Shown piece by piece: positions 55,810 through 64,000 of a DNA stretch of 64,000 bases (position 1 is the stretch's first letter; the number at the start of each line of letters is the position of its first letter). The position numbers and the translations under genes were made by a program. Source of the stretch: a virus. The DNA lies in IMG/VR virus record IMGVR_UViG_3300045988_107973; one strand, 5' to 3'. Under the pieces are notes generated by a model, which had not been told where the DNA came from, did no database searches, and saw only the letters and a list, made by a program, of their open reading frames with translations.

Positions 55810-56121
55810 ATGAAGTATTACATTATTGAATCTCATTACGAGAAAGAAGCTCCATTTGGAATTGCATGGCAAGTAAAGCTGTTTGACAAGCACACGCTTC
55901 TGGAAGAGTACGACCACATCTTCTATAACGAGATTGCTGGCTACTGCAAGTGTCTTGAGGATATAGGATTCGTGGATGAGCGATGGACTTTTAAAAGGCC
56001 ACAGGACGAAGAAAATCATGACTTTGTTAAAATGTGCATAAAGGAAAAGGAGAATGCACTTCAGACGGAGTGGTATGAAATGACCGGTAACTGGCCGAAT
56101 GGCGCAGTGATTCTCGATTAA
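55810..56121 (+). CDS. hypothetical protein
   Basis: ATG at 55810 after GGAGAG. Confidence 0.35.
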   Translation: MKYYIIESHYEKEAPFGIAWQVKLFDKHTLLEEYDHIFYNEIAGYCKCLEDIGFVDERWTFKRPQDEENHDFVKMCIKEKENALQTEWYEMTGNWPNGAVILD

Positions 56122-56146
56122 AAGGTAAATTTTACGGAGGTTTTTT

Positions 56147-56620
56147 ATGATTGTTATTGGATATCCATGTGTTGGTAAAAGTACATACGCAGTTGGTCAT
56201 CCGTATCGTGCAATCGACCTTGAAAGTAGTAATTTTGTAAAGGATGATAATTGGGTCAAATCGTATTGCAATGTCGCTATTGATTTATCGAGACAGGGAC
56301 ATGTTGTGTTCGTATCTTCACATGATGCAGTTCGTAAACAGCTTTTGAAGAGTAATTACGAATATGTTTTTGTGATCTATCCAGCTCTTGATATTAAAGA
56401 AGAGTGGCTTGAACGGCTTCACGAAAGATATTCAGAAACTGAACTCGATAAAGATTATCGTGCATGGCAGCGTGCTCTGAATTATTACGATGAAGATATT
56501 GCAAAACTCAAAGAAGACGCAAAGAACTTTAGTGGGTTTTATGAAATTGGTCATGGCCGATATGACCTTACTGTAATTCTGGATGAATTTGACTATGGTT
56601 CGACTTGGGACCATTCGTAA
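56147..56620 (+). CDS. P-loop NTPase, putative (d)NMP/polynucleotide kinase-like
   Basis: Walker A IVIGYPCVGKST at the N-terminus. Small size and position among nucleotide-metabolism genes suggest a kinase role. Confidence 0.45.
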   Translation: MIVIGYPCVGKSTYAVGHPYRAIDLESSNFVKDDNWVKSYCNVAIDLSRQGHVVFVSSHDAVRKQLLKSNYEYVFVIYPALDIKEEWLERLHERYSETELDKDYRAWQRALNYYDEDIAKLKEDAKNFSGFYEIGHGRYDLTVILDEFDYGSTWDHS

Positions 56621-56665
56621 TTGTTAATTGAGCTTAACGGGTGGGTGGGAGAAATAAAAATCATT

Positions 56666-56896
56666 ATGCATAAGACTGATAGTTTGAAAAATCCAGTAAT
56701 CGTATTCCATTGTAAGAACTGCGGTTGTACAACTAAGATTCGAGTGACTTCTTTTGAAAATACTGATTTGAATATTCCTGAGAACAATGTGATTGCGTGC
56801 TATAGATGTAGAGCAGAAGTTGTTGGATCGGAGTTTATTTCTTGGAAAGAAGCAACTAAAACTATTTTTACCGTGGAGGTGCCAGATGGCGATTAA
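56666..56896 (+). CDS. hypothetical zinc-ribbon protein
   Basis: Product contains CKNCG...CYRC. Start uncertain. Confidence 0.35.
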   Translation: MHKTDSLKNPVIVFHCKNCGCTTKIRVTSFENTDLNIPENNVIACYRCRAEVVGSEFISWKEATKTIFTVEVPDGD

Positions 56897-57119
56897 AATT
56901 ATTCAACATAAGCAGACTCCAAAAGAACTTGCATATCATTTTAAATGTGGTTGTGGTTGTGAATTTTGGTCTGATTCGGGATTCGGAAGGTGTTTTGGTT
57001 GCGAAGTCATTAAATGTGATTTTATTTTATCAAACATAATGTCCAGAATGCGGCAGTCGTGCAGTCGTGTAGAGAGTCATGATGAGCCTGTTTTGAGAGA
57101 AGAAATTTTTGACGATTAA
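56886..57119 (+). CDS. small zinc-ribbon protein; paralog of the 58507..58743 product
   Basis: HFKCGCGCEFWSD...EIFDD aligns with HFECSCGCEFWAD...EVFDD in the 58507..58743 product. Confidence 0.4.
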   Translation: MAIKIIQHKQTPKELAYHFKCGCGCEFWSDSGFGRCFGCEVIKCDFILSNIMSRMRQSCSRVESHDEPVLREEIFDD

Positions 57120-57161
57120 AATGTAAATTTAGGGGTGGGTGGGAGGAATGAGAGGATGTGA

Positions 57162-57899
57162 ATGGAACTTTATAATGATGATTGTCTGAAAATTATGCCA
57201 CAAATCACAGATAAATCTATCGATATGATTCTTTGTGACTTGCCATATGGTGTCACTCACAATAAATGGGATTCTGTGATTCCTTTCGACAAGCTGTGGG
57301 AACAATACAATCGAATCATCAAAGATAACGGTGCGATTTGTCTGTTTGCTGATGGAATGTTCATGGCAGATCTTATGGAAAGTAACCGCAAAATGTGGCG
57401 ATATAATCTCGTGTGGGATAAAGTTCTTTCATCTGGATTTTTGAATGCAAAACGAATGCCACTCCGCAGTACAGAAGAAATTGTTGTTTTTTATAAGAAG
57501 CTTCCTACATATAATCCACAATTCACAGAAGGTAAACCGCTCCACGGAATGGGCACAAAATATAAAGAAGGAAACCGTAAAAACAACAACTACGGCAACT
57601 TTAATTCTACAAATCAGGCATCTGCGGAAAGAGCGGGTGACACGAAAAAGTATCCGAAATCGCTGGTGACATTTCAAAGAGCACATAGTTCCGTTATGCT
57701 CCATCCAACCGAGAAACCGGTAGCTTTGATGGAGTGGCTTATCAGTACTTACACAAATAAGGGTGAGATCATTCTTGATAATTGTATGGGTGTTGGTGGA
57801 AGTGGTATTGCCGCTAAAAATCTTGAACGAAATTATATTGGTATAGAACTTGACCAAAAATGTTTTGAGATTGCCAAAGAAAGAATCGAGGTATCATGA
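57162..57899 (+). CDS. DNA methyltransferase, N6_N4_Mtase family (beta-class; N6-adenine or N4-cytosine)
   Basis: Motif IV ILCDLPYG (DPPY type). C-terminal motif I HPTEKPVALMEWLI...DNCMGVGGSG. Confidence 0.65.
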   Translation: MELYNDDCLKIMPQITDKSIDMILCDLPYGVTHNKWDSVIPFDKLWEQYNRIIKDNGAICLFADGMFMADLMESNRKMWRYNLVWDKVLSSGFLNAKRMPLRSTEEIVVFYKKLPTYNPQFTEGKPLHGMGTKYKEGNRKNNNYGNFNSTNQASAERAGDTKKYPKSLVTFQRAHSSVMLHPTEKPVALMEWLISTYTNKGEIILDNCMGVGGSGIAAKNLERNYIGIELDQKCFEIAKERIEVS

Positions 57900-58132
57900 A
57901 AGCACATATTCAAAAAGAAAAGAAAACAACTCCATTAAAACTTGGTAAGGGAACTCTATTTCAAAATAAAGACGGCAAACTGTATAAGATTTGCGACACA
58001 GCAGAATATGACGAGACGCATACTGACGATGAAGTTATCAAGGTTGCTCTATCCGAAGAGAATATGATTCAAGAAAGAAATCTCCAAGATATTTTTAATA
58101 TGTCGTTTGTGTTTGCGGCGAATAATATTTGA
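57896..58132 (+). CDS. hypothetical small protein
   Basis: ORF with ATGA overlap. Confidence 0.3.
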   Translation: MKAHIQKEKKTTPLKLGKGTLFQNKDGKLYKICDTAEYDETHTDDEVIKVALSEENMIQERNLQDIFNMSFVFAANNI

Positions 58133-58142
58133 GGAATAAAAT

Positions 58143-58496
58143 ATGGTTTACGACATTAAAACAGTCCCAGAAGATACCCCTCTATGGTGTACTGGATTTA
58201 GATTTGACGATACAAAGGCTGGCATCAAATGTGAGCCTGTCTTTGGTACTTTTGAAGAAAGAAGTTGCTATTCTAAGTTCCATACCTTGAGTAACAAAAC
58301 TAGATCAAAGACTTTTAGCGTTGGGGCAAATCCTGATTGTTATCGTTTCGCAGACACTTATGAAGAAGCGGCAACTGAATATAATGGTATGATTTTCGCT
58401 GCCAAATACGAGCTTATGAAAAAACAAGAATATCTAGAGCAGTGCTTGCTGGCTGATAAGAATGGGTCAGTATATAATCGTGTGAGTATGCAGTAA
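58143..58496 (+). CDS. hypothetical protein
   Basis: ORF after GAGGAATAAAAT. Confidence 0.35.
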   Translation: MVYDIKTVPEDTPLWCTGFRFDDTKAGIKCEPVFGTFEERSCYSKFHTLSNKTRSKTFSVGANPDCYRFADTYEEAATEYNGMIFAAKYELMKKQEYLEQCLLADKNGSVYNRVSMQ

Positions 58497-58506
58497 GGAG
58501 TATAGT

Positions 58507-58743
58507 ATGGCATATCAAATTATTAAACATAGAATTGTGAAACCTATAGAGTACGCGGTACATTTCGAGTGCAGTTGTGGCTGTGAGTTTTGGGCAGACC
58601 AAAATTCTGTTACGGAATATTGTATGCGTGGAGGACTGGACGTTTCTAAGTTCCTTCATTATGAAACAAGATGCCCAGAATGTACTAGCATTGCTTATAG
58701 CGTAGAGGTAGCTGTTCCAAGGGACGAGGTTTTTGACGATTGA
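58507..58743 (+). CDS. small zinc-ribbon protein; paralog of the 56886..57119 product
   Basis: See the 56886 feature. RBS AAGGAG. Confidence 0.4.
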   Translation: MAYQIIKHRIVKPIEYAVHFECSCGCEFWADQNSVTEYCMRGGLDVSKFLHYETRCPECTSIAYSVEVAVPRDEVFDD

Positions 58744-58763
58744 AATGTATGTTTTAGAAAGAG

Positions 58764-59171
58764 GTGAGAACAATAGAAATTTGGGAGTTGAATCTTCTAC
58801 ATGATGGTGATATAGAACGAATATGTGTGTGCTCTGACGAGCAACCACTATTCGAAATGGCGGTCGATAGGGCAGTTAGTTTACTTGAAAAAATAAATGA
58901 ATGGCCGCTTGAACAAGAACATTGCTATACTTCTGTAAATGTAAACGCACATCTTCGTTCTATTTTTGTGAAAATCAGTACACAAGATAATAGTACAGTT
59001 GAACTCTGGGAGTATAAATGGGAATGTATTTATAAAGAACCTCATGAAGACAAAGCTAGTAACACCTTACTTCAGGAAGTTGTTTCTTGTGTACGAGACA
59101 TTCCAAAACTATTTTATGATTGGGCAGAGAATTTCTGTTGGAAAGCGAGAAAAAATGGCTATTTGCAGTAA
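58764..59171 (+). CDS. hypothetical protein
   Basis: ORF after AAGAGGTG (GTG start). Confidence 0.35.
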   Translation: MRTIEIWELNLLHDGDIERICVCSDEQPLFEMAVDRAVSLLEKINEWPLEQEHCYTSVNVNAHLRSIFVKISTQDNSTVELWEYKWECIYKEPHEDKASNTLLQEVVSCVRDIPKLFYDWAENFCWKARKNGYLQ

Positions 59172-59222
59172 ATGTTTACATAAAGAAGTATGCGCTTATA
59201 GAAAGCATTCAGGAGATTGATT

Positions 59223-59519
59223 ATGAAAGTTGTAGAGCTCATCAACAAACTAAACGAAATCGGATACGACGAGAATACTGAACTGACATTTGGATTCGCA
59301 GACGGTAATACTGGAGAATGGTACAATGCTCCATTTGATGAGATCACCTATGGTATTGATTTGACCGGAGAACCATACCATAATGATGTACTCAATATTG
59401 ATGTTGATGTTGATTCTGTAAAAGAATATCAAAAAGATAAAGCAGAGTGCGCTGTTATTGATATTGTAGAAGAAATGCAGGATGTTTTGAATAGACACAT
59501 TCGGAGGGTTAATTTTTAA
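59223..59519 (+). CDS. hypothetical acidic protein
   Basis: ATG after AGGAGATTG. Confidence 0.35.
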   Translation: MKVVELINKLNEIGYDENTELTFGFADGNTGEWYNAPFDEITYGIDLTGEPYHNDVLNIDVDVDSVKEYQKDKAECAVIDIVEEMQDVLNRHIRRVNF

Positions 59520-59842
59520 TGGTCGAAATTAACGGAAAGAAATACGAAATCGTAGGAATCTCTTTTGACACATCAAACAATCCAAACAAGAAGTTCTTCA
59601 AACCGGTTTACATAATGCCGGATGGAGATGTCGTAGCTTGCGATGGGACTCACGATTTCAATTATGATCCTAACAAAGAAATTCAAATTGTTCCAAAGGA
59701 ATCTATCCCATTTTATGGCAAGCCAACAGAGCCTGCTGTTTATTGTGATGATGATGGCAACTATGTGGATGTTGACGGTAATCCTCTCGGTATGAAATGG
59801 GACGACTTTATGGAGAAACAGTTCCGAACAGTAAATAAATAA
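59519..59842 (+). CDS. hypothetical protein
   Basis: ORF with ATG overlapping the upstream stop. Confidence 0.35.
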   Translation: MVEINGKKYEIVGISFDTSNNPNKKFFKPVYIMPDGDVVACDGTHDFNYDPNKEIQIVPKESIPFYGKPTEPAVYCDDDGNYVDVDGNPLGMKWDDFMEKQFRTVNK

Positions 59843-59906
59843 CGTATCATCGCTATAAAAATTAGAAAATAATACGGTAAAACTAGACTTTTATGAGGTG
59901 GATTGA

Positions 59907-60368
59907 TTGGACGATAGATTTTCAATCGAAAAAAATCACTGGGAAATACAAAATCCAGAATGGGAGAGCTATTCTCATTTCATCTGCACTAAAGACCATT
60001 ATTGGACTGGTGTACACGGTATCAGCAACTATTTTCTTCAATATAAGAATTTTGGCAGAAGTAAACCAGTCGAACGATTTTCTGTAGAATGGCCGAACTT
60101 CGTAGAGCACATGTGGTTTATCCATTGGCGTGGCCCATGGGACTATATCTTTGCTTCATATAAATTATCCGAGATTAAACGATTTTTAGAACTTGATATT
60201 GATACTATTAAAAAGAACCATTGGCCGGATGGACGCTGTACTTGCTACAGTATTTATGACTACGTGAAGAAAAAATGGTACTATTTTAAAATCGAAAATT
60301 TGGGAACATTTTATGGATGCAAGTGGCCGTTAGGTGATGATACTGGTGAGGTGATTAGTTGTGACTAA
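59907..60368 (+). CDS. hypothetical Trp-rich protein
   Basis: ORF after GAGGTGG. Confidence 0.4.
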   Translation: MDDRFSIEKNHWEIQNPEWESYSHFICTKDHYWTGVHGISNYFLQYKNFGRSKPVERFSVEWPNFVEHMWFIHWRGPWDYIFASYKLSEIKRFLELDIDTIKKNHWPDGRCTCYSIYDYVKKKWYYFKIENLGTFYGCKWPLGDDTGEVISCD

Positions 60369-60849
60369 GCAAATAGGCTGTTATAAATCCGACTGGTACA
60401 TTATGGGCATCGATGGAAAATATAACAATGCCTGTATCTCGCATACAGAATCACAGCTTCGGTATACAGTTCCAAGGTCGCCAGAATGGACTATCAATGG
60501 ATTGGGCTTTGCTTACCTTAGAGAACATGGATTTGAAGATTATCCTGAACTCTATGGTATTGTATTCTATGATATGGAGTGGTGGCGACGAAAACGCTAT
60601 CCGGGTGACTTTTATGTAGAGATACCAATTTGCGATTCGTGTGCGGATACCTTTCATTTAAAATGGCGTTGTAAGGAATTTCGTGTACACCAGTGGTCTA
60701 ACTTGAGAAAAGAAACAAAGTGGGTGAAAGGCAGAAGTAGTTACACTGTTTGTGAACTTGCACATAAGTTGCCACACGAAGAATTTATAGAATATCTTAA
60801 AGACAACGGCATCTATATTGTAAACGAAGGTGGTGTTGAACTTGGATGA
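60361..60849 (+). CDS. hypothetical Trp/Cys-rich protein
   Basis: ORF overlapping the upstream stop. Confidence 0.4.
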   Translation: MTKQIGCYKSDWYIMGIDGKYNNACISHTESQLRYTVPRSPEWTINGLGFAYLREHGFEDYPELYGIVFYDMEWWRRKRYPGDFYVEIPICDSCADTFHLKWRCKEFRVHQWSNLRKETKWVKGRSSYTVCELAHKLPHEEFIEYLKDNGIYIVNEGGVELG

Positions 60850-61288
60850 TAAAATTTGTTTTGTGAATTACCGACCATACCTTACAATAGTAGATTACGG
60901 AGATTGGACTCCAAGATGGAAAATCGCATATTGGATTGATATAGATGGATTTAAGCCTGGATTTAGAATCTCAAGGAACTTCATTCATCCATATCTAAAT
61001 AACGTCACGCGCCCATGTTTAAACGTAGTAGCCTATGTCGATATGTATGATCCATTCGTTAAAACACTTTTGTTGAGTTGTATGACAACAGATAAGTCAA
61101 ACCTAATTCCGGGTGATTTATATCTTGTGTGGAGATGTCCCGGTAATTTTTCATGGCCGGACTGCGAGCCACATTTTACATTAAGAAAGTTCAATCAGAA
61201 ATATTTATTCAAAGATGGCGACGTGAAATGTTGGGTGAATATGAAAAATATCGATTGGAGCAAACAATGGCTCCTTCATCGTATTTGA
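60830..61288 (+). CDS. hypothetical protein
   Basis: ORF with non-ATG start (GTG/TTG). Confidence 0.35.
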   Translation: MVLNLDDKICFVNYRPYLTIVDYGDWTPRWKIAYWIDIDGFKPGFRISRNFIHPYLNNVTRPCLNVVAYVDMYDPFVKTLLLSCMTTDKSNLIPGDLYLVWRCPGNFSWPDCEPHFTLRKFNQKYLFKDGDVKCWVNMKNIDWSKQWLLHRI

Positions 61289-61382
61289 GGCAATAAATGA
61301 GTAAAAATAATAGCGATAATTCGTTAAATAAAAGCGACAAATTTACAGTAGAATTAGGGTTTTATAAAGGAGAATGTTTATA

Positions 61383-61646
61383 ATGGATTACAAAGATGCA
61401 GATAGTCTTTCTTCTAAAATATTTGCGTTGATTGCTTCGGCTACAGTGTTGATTATAGCCATTGTTTTTCTTCGTATTATTCAAGTGGATTTTAATAATG
61501 CCAAGTGGCATGATGGCATCTGTCTAAAGGACAATACTCATTGGCAGTATAGTAATAGCACCCACAACAGATTTTGGAGATGCGACTATTATATATGCGA
61601 TAACGGTCATGTCATTGAACTTGTCAACGATTATGAAATACGATAA
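61383..61646 (+). CDS. hypothetical membrane protein
   Basis: ATG after AAAGGAGAATG. TM segment IFALIASATVLIIAIVFL. Confidence 0.35.
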   Translation: MDYKDADSLSSKIFALIASATVLIIAIVFLRIIQVDFNNAKWHDGICLKDNTHWQYSNSTHNRFWRCDYYICDNGHVIELVNDYEIR

Positions 61647-61675
61647 AACTTGAATTCTTATAAAGGAGGTTCACA

Positions 61676-62569
61676 ATGATTATTGATTGCAAATCTATTG
61701 CACAAGATATCAAAAATAAAATCAAGAATATTATCGCAGAAGCTGACTACGCTCCTGTTTTACTTATTTATCAAGTAGGGGACAACCCTGCATCCAATGC
61801 TTATATTCGCGGCAAGCTGCGTGACTGTGAAGAGGTTGGAATCGAAGCGGAGCTTATCAAGCTGCCAGAAAATATTACCGAAGATGAATTGAACAACAAG
61901 ATCTTAGAAGATTATAAGATCTTAGAAGATTATAATTGGGAAGATGTGGACGGTATTATTGTTCAGCTCCCGCTGCCAAAACATATCAATCCTAAGAATA
62001 TCATTATTCCAGACGAACTTGACGTTGATGGTTTTAATTCTACATCACCATTTCAGCCTTGCACTCCACTTGGCGTTATGAAGATTTTTGATTCCATCGG
62101 TTACAATTTGGATGGCAAGAATGTGCTTGTATGTGGTCAGTCTGATATTGTGGGTCGTCCACTGGTCAATATGCTGATTAAGCGGCATTGTAATGTGATT
62201 AGTATTAACAGCTCTACGGAGAAATACGTTCGTGATGAAATGCTTCTTCGTGCAGATGTTCTTATAACAGCTACTGGTCGCATGAATCTTATCACAGAGA
62301 ACGACCTTGATTATAAATGGTGCACTGAAATCAATGGCTATGAAAACTCTGGCTCTTGTCCAGATCTTATTATTGACGTTGGTATCAATTACAAGGATGG
62401 CAAGCAGTATGGGGATTGCTCCGATGAGCTGCGCTCTGAGAAATATAACCATTGCTTCGATATTACCCCTCGTATCGGCGGAGTTGGACTTATGACACGT
62501 GCCATGCTACTTTATAATGTATGTGTGGCAAGGTATGGGGAAGAGAAGATGGAGGAGGTGATTGAATGA
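61676..62569 (+). CDS. folD: bifunctional methylenetetrahydrofolate dehydrogenase/cyclohydrolase FolD
   Basis: FolD-typical motifs YIRGKLRDCEEVGI, DVDGFNSTSPFQPCTPLGVMKI, VLVCGQSDIVGRPL, and GGVGLMTRAMLLYN (GG-G-TxAxL). Contains an 18-bp in-frame tandem duplication (KILEDYKILEDY). Confidence 0.7.
   Translation: MIIDCKSIAQDIKNKIKNIIAEADYAPVLLIYQVGDNPASNAYIRGKLRDCEEVGIEAELIKLPENITEDELNNKILEDYKILEDYNWEDVDGIIVQLPLPKHINPKNIIIPDELDVDGFNSTSPFQPCTPLGVMKIFDSIGYNLDGKNVLVCGQSDIVGRPLVNMLIKRHCNVISINSSTEKYVRDEMLLRADVLITATGRMNLITENDLDYKWCTEINGYENSGSCPDLIIDVGINYKDGKQYGDCSDELRSEKYNHCFDITPRIGGVGLMTRAMLLYNVCVARYGEEKMEEVIE
61898..61933 (+). repeat. perfect 18-bp tandem duplication inside folD
   Basis: aagatcttagaagattat occurs twice in tandem. 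Confidence 0.85.
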
Positions 62570-62760
62570 AGGAAGTCCCAATTTGGGAAAAGACGACCTT
62601 GACGTTAGATGAAGCGGCTGCTTACACGGGGATTGGGGTCTGCCGACTAAGAGAGATTACTGATGATGAAAACTGTCCATTGGTACTTTGGGTGGGGAAT
62701 AAACGTCTTATCAAACGTAAAGCTCTCGAAAAATATATAGATCAAACGTATTCTGTTTGA
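62566..62760 (+). CDS. xis: excisionase-like HTH DNA-binding protein (Xis/HTH_17-type)
   Basis: LTLDEAAAYTGIGVCRLREIT is an Xis/MerR-type helix-turn-helix. 64 aa, directly upstream of the integrase. Confidence 0.5.
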   Translation: MKEVPIWEKTTLTLDEAAAYTGIGVCRLREITDDENCPLVLWVGNKRLIKRKALEKYIDQTYSV

Positions 62761-62766
62761 AATATA

Positions 62767-62805
62767 GGCTCTGATGTGATATACTCATGGTGTCACACCA
62801 GAGCT
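62767..62805 (+). promoter_or_regulatory. imperfect inverted repeat (13-bp arms) spanning a TATACT -10-like box upstream of the integrase: candidate operator/P_int
   Basis: GGCTCTGATGTGA-tatactcatgg-TGTCACACCAGAGCT with 11 of 13 arm matches. Confidence 0.4.
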
Positions 62806-62833
62806 TCTTATATAACGTAAGGAGTTCTGCATC

Positions 62834-64000
62834 ATGATAAGACGTAAAGATAATAATGGCAAAGTTTTAAAAGACGGCGAGAGCCAGAGAAAGGATGGGA
62901 GATACCAATATAGATGGACAAACAAACTTGGAAAACGCTCAATAATATACGCCACTTCACTTAAAGAATTGAGAGAAAAAGAAGCTGAAATCCAAGAAAA
63001 ACTTAATTTGGGTATAACATCTACTTCAAAAATCACAGTGTACCAATTAGCAAAAAGACATCTCGAAGAAACAAAACTCACTATTAGGCCAAGCAGCTAT
63101 AAAACAAAATCGCAGAATTTGAAAATCTTTCAGAATCACCTAATTGGGGAAATGAATGCAACCGATATTTTAGTGCGTGATGTAAAACAATTTGCACGAG
63201 AATTGGATAACGAAGGATATTGTTATACAACAATCAGAGATGTCATGTCTTTAGCTAGACCGGCATTTCAAGAAATGTTTGATGAGAATATAATTCCTAG
63301 AAATCCATTCGTTTTTAAATTAAATACAGTTGTCAAATGTGACTCAAAAGAAAAAGAAATATTAACAGAAGAGCAGTATCAAAATCTGATCAAGTTCATG
63401 AAATCTAGTCGAGTATATAAAAGGCATGTTGGCATGGTGATGCTTTTGCACGAGACAGGACTTCGAGCAGGAGAATTATGCGGGCTAACAAAAAAGTCAT
63501 TTGATTTTGATAACAACACTGTTACTATATCTCATCAGATGGTGTACGATGGAAAGAGCGGCGGGCTGTATTTAGCACCTACAAAAACAGAAAGTGGGAT
63601 AAGGACTATCCCATTATCTAAAGACGCCATCATTGCTTTTGAAGAAGCGATAAAACAACGACCGATTGTAAAAGCAGAGAGAATAATAGATGGGCAAGCC
63701 GACTTCTTGTTTATAGCAAAAACTGGAAGGCCCTATACAAATAAAAACCTTGTTAGAATTTTTGAAGGACTAATCAAAGCCTATAATAGTTGCCATGATG
63801 AACCATTGCCTGAAGTCACTGCCCATAGTATGCGTCACGAATATTGTACACGACTTGTCAAAGCCAAGATGGATGTTAAATCGGTTCAATACCTCATGGG
63901 ACATTCGTCGCCCGATATAACCTTGAAAGTGTATACTCATATCTTAAAAGAAGAGACCGAAGCAGAGGCAATCAAACAGTTTAATAGGATTGTTTCCTAA
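62834..64000 (+). CDS. int: tyrosine integrase (phage integrase family, N-terminal arm-binding/SAM-like + catalytic domain)
   Basis: Catalytic-domain segments LLHETGLRAGELCGLTKKSFDF and HSMRHEYCTRLVKAKMDVKSVQYLMGHSSPDITLKVYTHI (R...HxxR...Y). Stop is TAA at 63998-64000. Confidence 0.75.
   Translation: MIRRKDNNGKVLKDGESQRKDGRYQYRWTNKLGKRSIIYATSLKELREKEAEIQEKLNLGITSTSKITVYQLAKRHLEETKLTIRPSSYKTKSQNLKIFQNHLIGEMNATDILVRDVKQFARELDNEGYCYTTIRDVMSLARPAFQEMFDENIIPRNPFVFKLNTVVKCDSKEKEILTEEQYQNLIKFMKSSRVYKRHVGMVMLLHETGLRAGELCGLTKKSFDFDNNTVTISHQMVYDGKSGGLYLAPTKTESGIRTIPLSKDAIIAFEEAIKQRPIVKAERIIDGQADFLFIAKTGRPYTNKNLVRIFEGLIKAYNSCHDEPLPEVTAHSMRHEYCTRLVKAKMDVKSVQYLMGHSSPDITLKVYTHILKEETEAEAIKQFNRIVS

Noticed and set aside
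1-64000. CRISPR arrays, rRNA, IS/transposase genes
   Set aside because: No regularly spaced direct repeats, no rRNA-like conserved stretches and no transposase/DDE motifs were seen. The only tandem repeats are two short in-frame duplications (2400..2471, 61898..61933) and the 20-bp promoter element.

Overview
The window is a 64-kb, tightly packed and almost entirely plus-strand gene array typical of a large dsDNA phage or prophage. The likely host is an anaerobic Firmicutes-type bacterium, judged from GGAGG-type Shine-Dalgarno sites, low GC, class III RNR (NrdD/NrdG), ThyX and FolD. No capsid, tail or lysis genes, CRISPR arrays or rRNA are visible.

Layout:
(1) 0-16.5 kb: dozens of small early-type ORFs, including a 5-member tandem 'MWDL' paralog family, a Bro-N/ORF6N antirepressor-like gene, a short tyrosine recombinase next to a DnaD-like replication initiator, two Lar-like restriction-alleviation paralogs, a DUF262 (ParB-like) protein, a SleB-like cell-wall hydrolase and a solo MazF/PemK-like gene with its own strong promoter.
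(2) 17.5-23.7 kb: one apparent operon (691-aa unknown protein, coiled-coil protein, Pnkp-like polynucleotide kinase/phosphatase/ligase) running into a cluster of 7-9 tRNAs, several of them atypical.
(3) 23.8-25.9 kb: a circularly permuted C5-cytosine methyltransferase followed by an N6-adenine methyltransferase.
(4) 27-44 kb: a replication/recombination module: SSB-like protein, Sak4-like ATPase, DnaB-like helicase, DnaG-like primase, RecJ-like DHH exonuclease, lambda-PPase-like phosphatase, DnaE-type Pol III alpha with an N-terminal +1 frameshift, RecD-like helicase and ATP-dependent DNA ligase.
(5) 46-62.6 kb: nucleotide-metabolism genes (ThyX, DUF3310, NrdD, NrdG, dUTPase, P-loop kinase-like, DPPY-type methyltransferase, FolD) interleaved with two SPFH/flotillin-family proteins, a lipoprotein and several families of small zinc-ribbon paralogs.
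(6) Right end: Xis-like HTH plus tyrosine integrase, with an inverted-repeat operator-like site upstream.

A conserved ACAGGATAC-containing motif recurs upstream of several operons and, inverted, inside three strong sigma70-like promoters.
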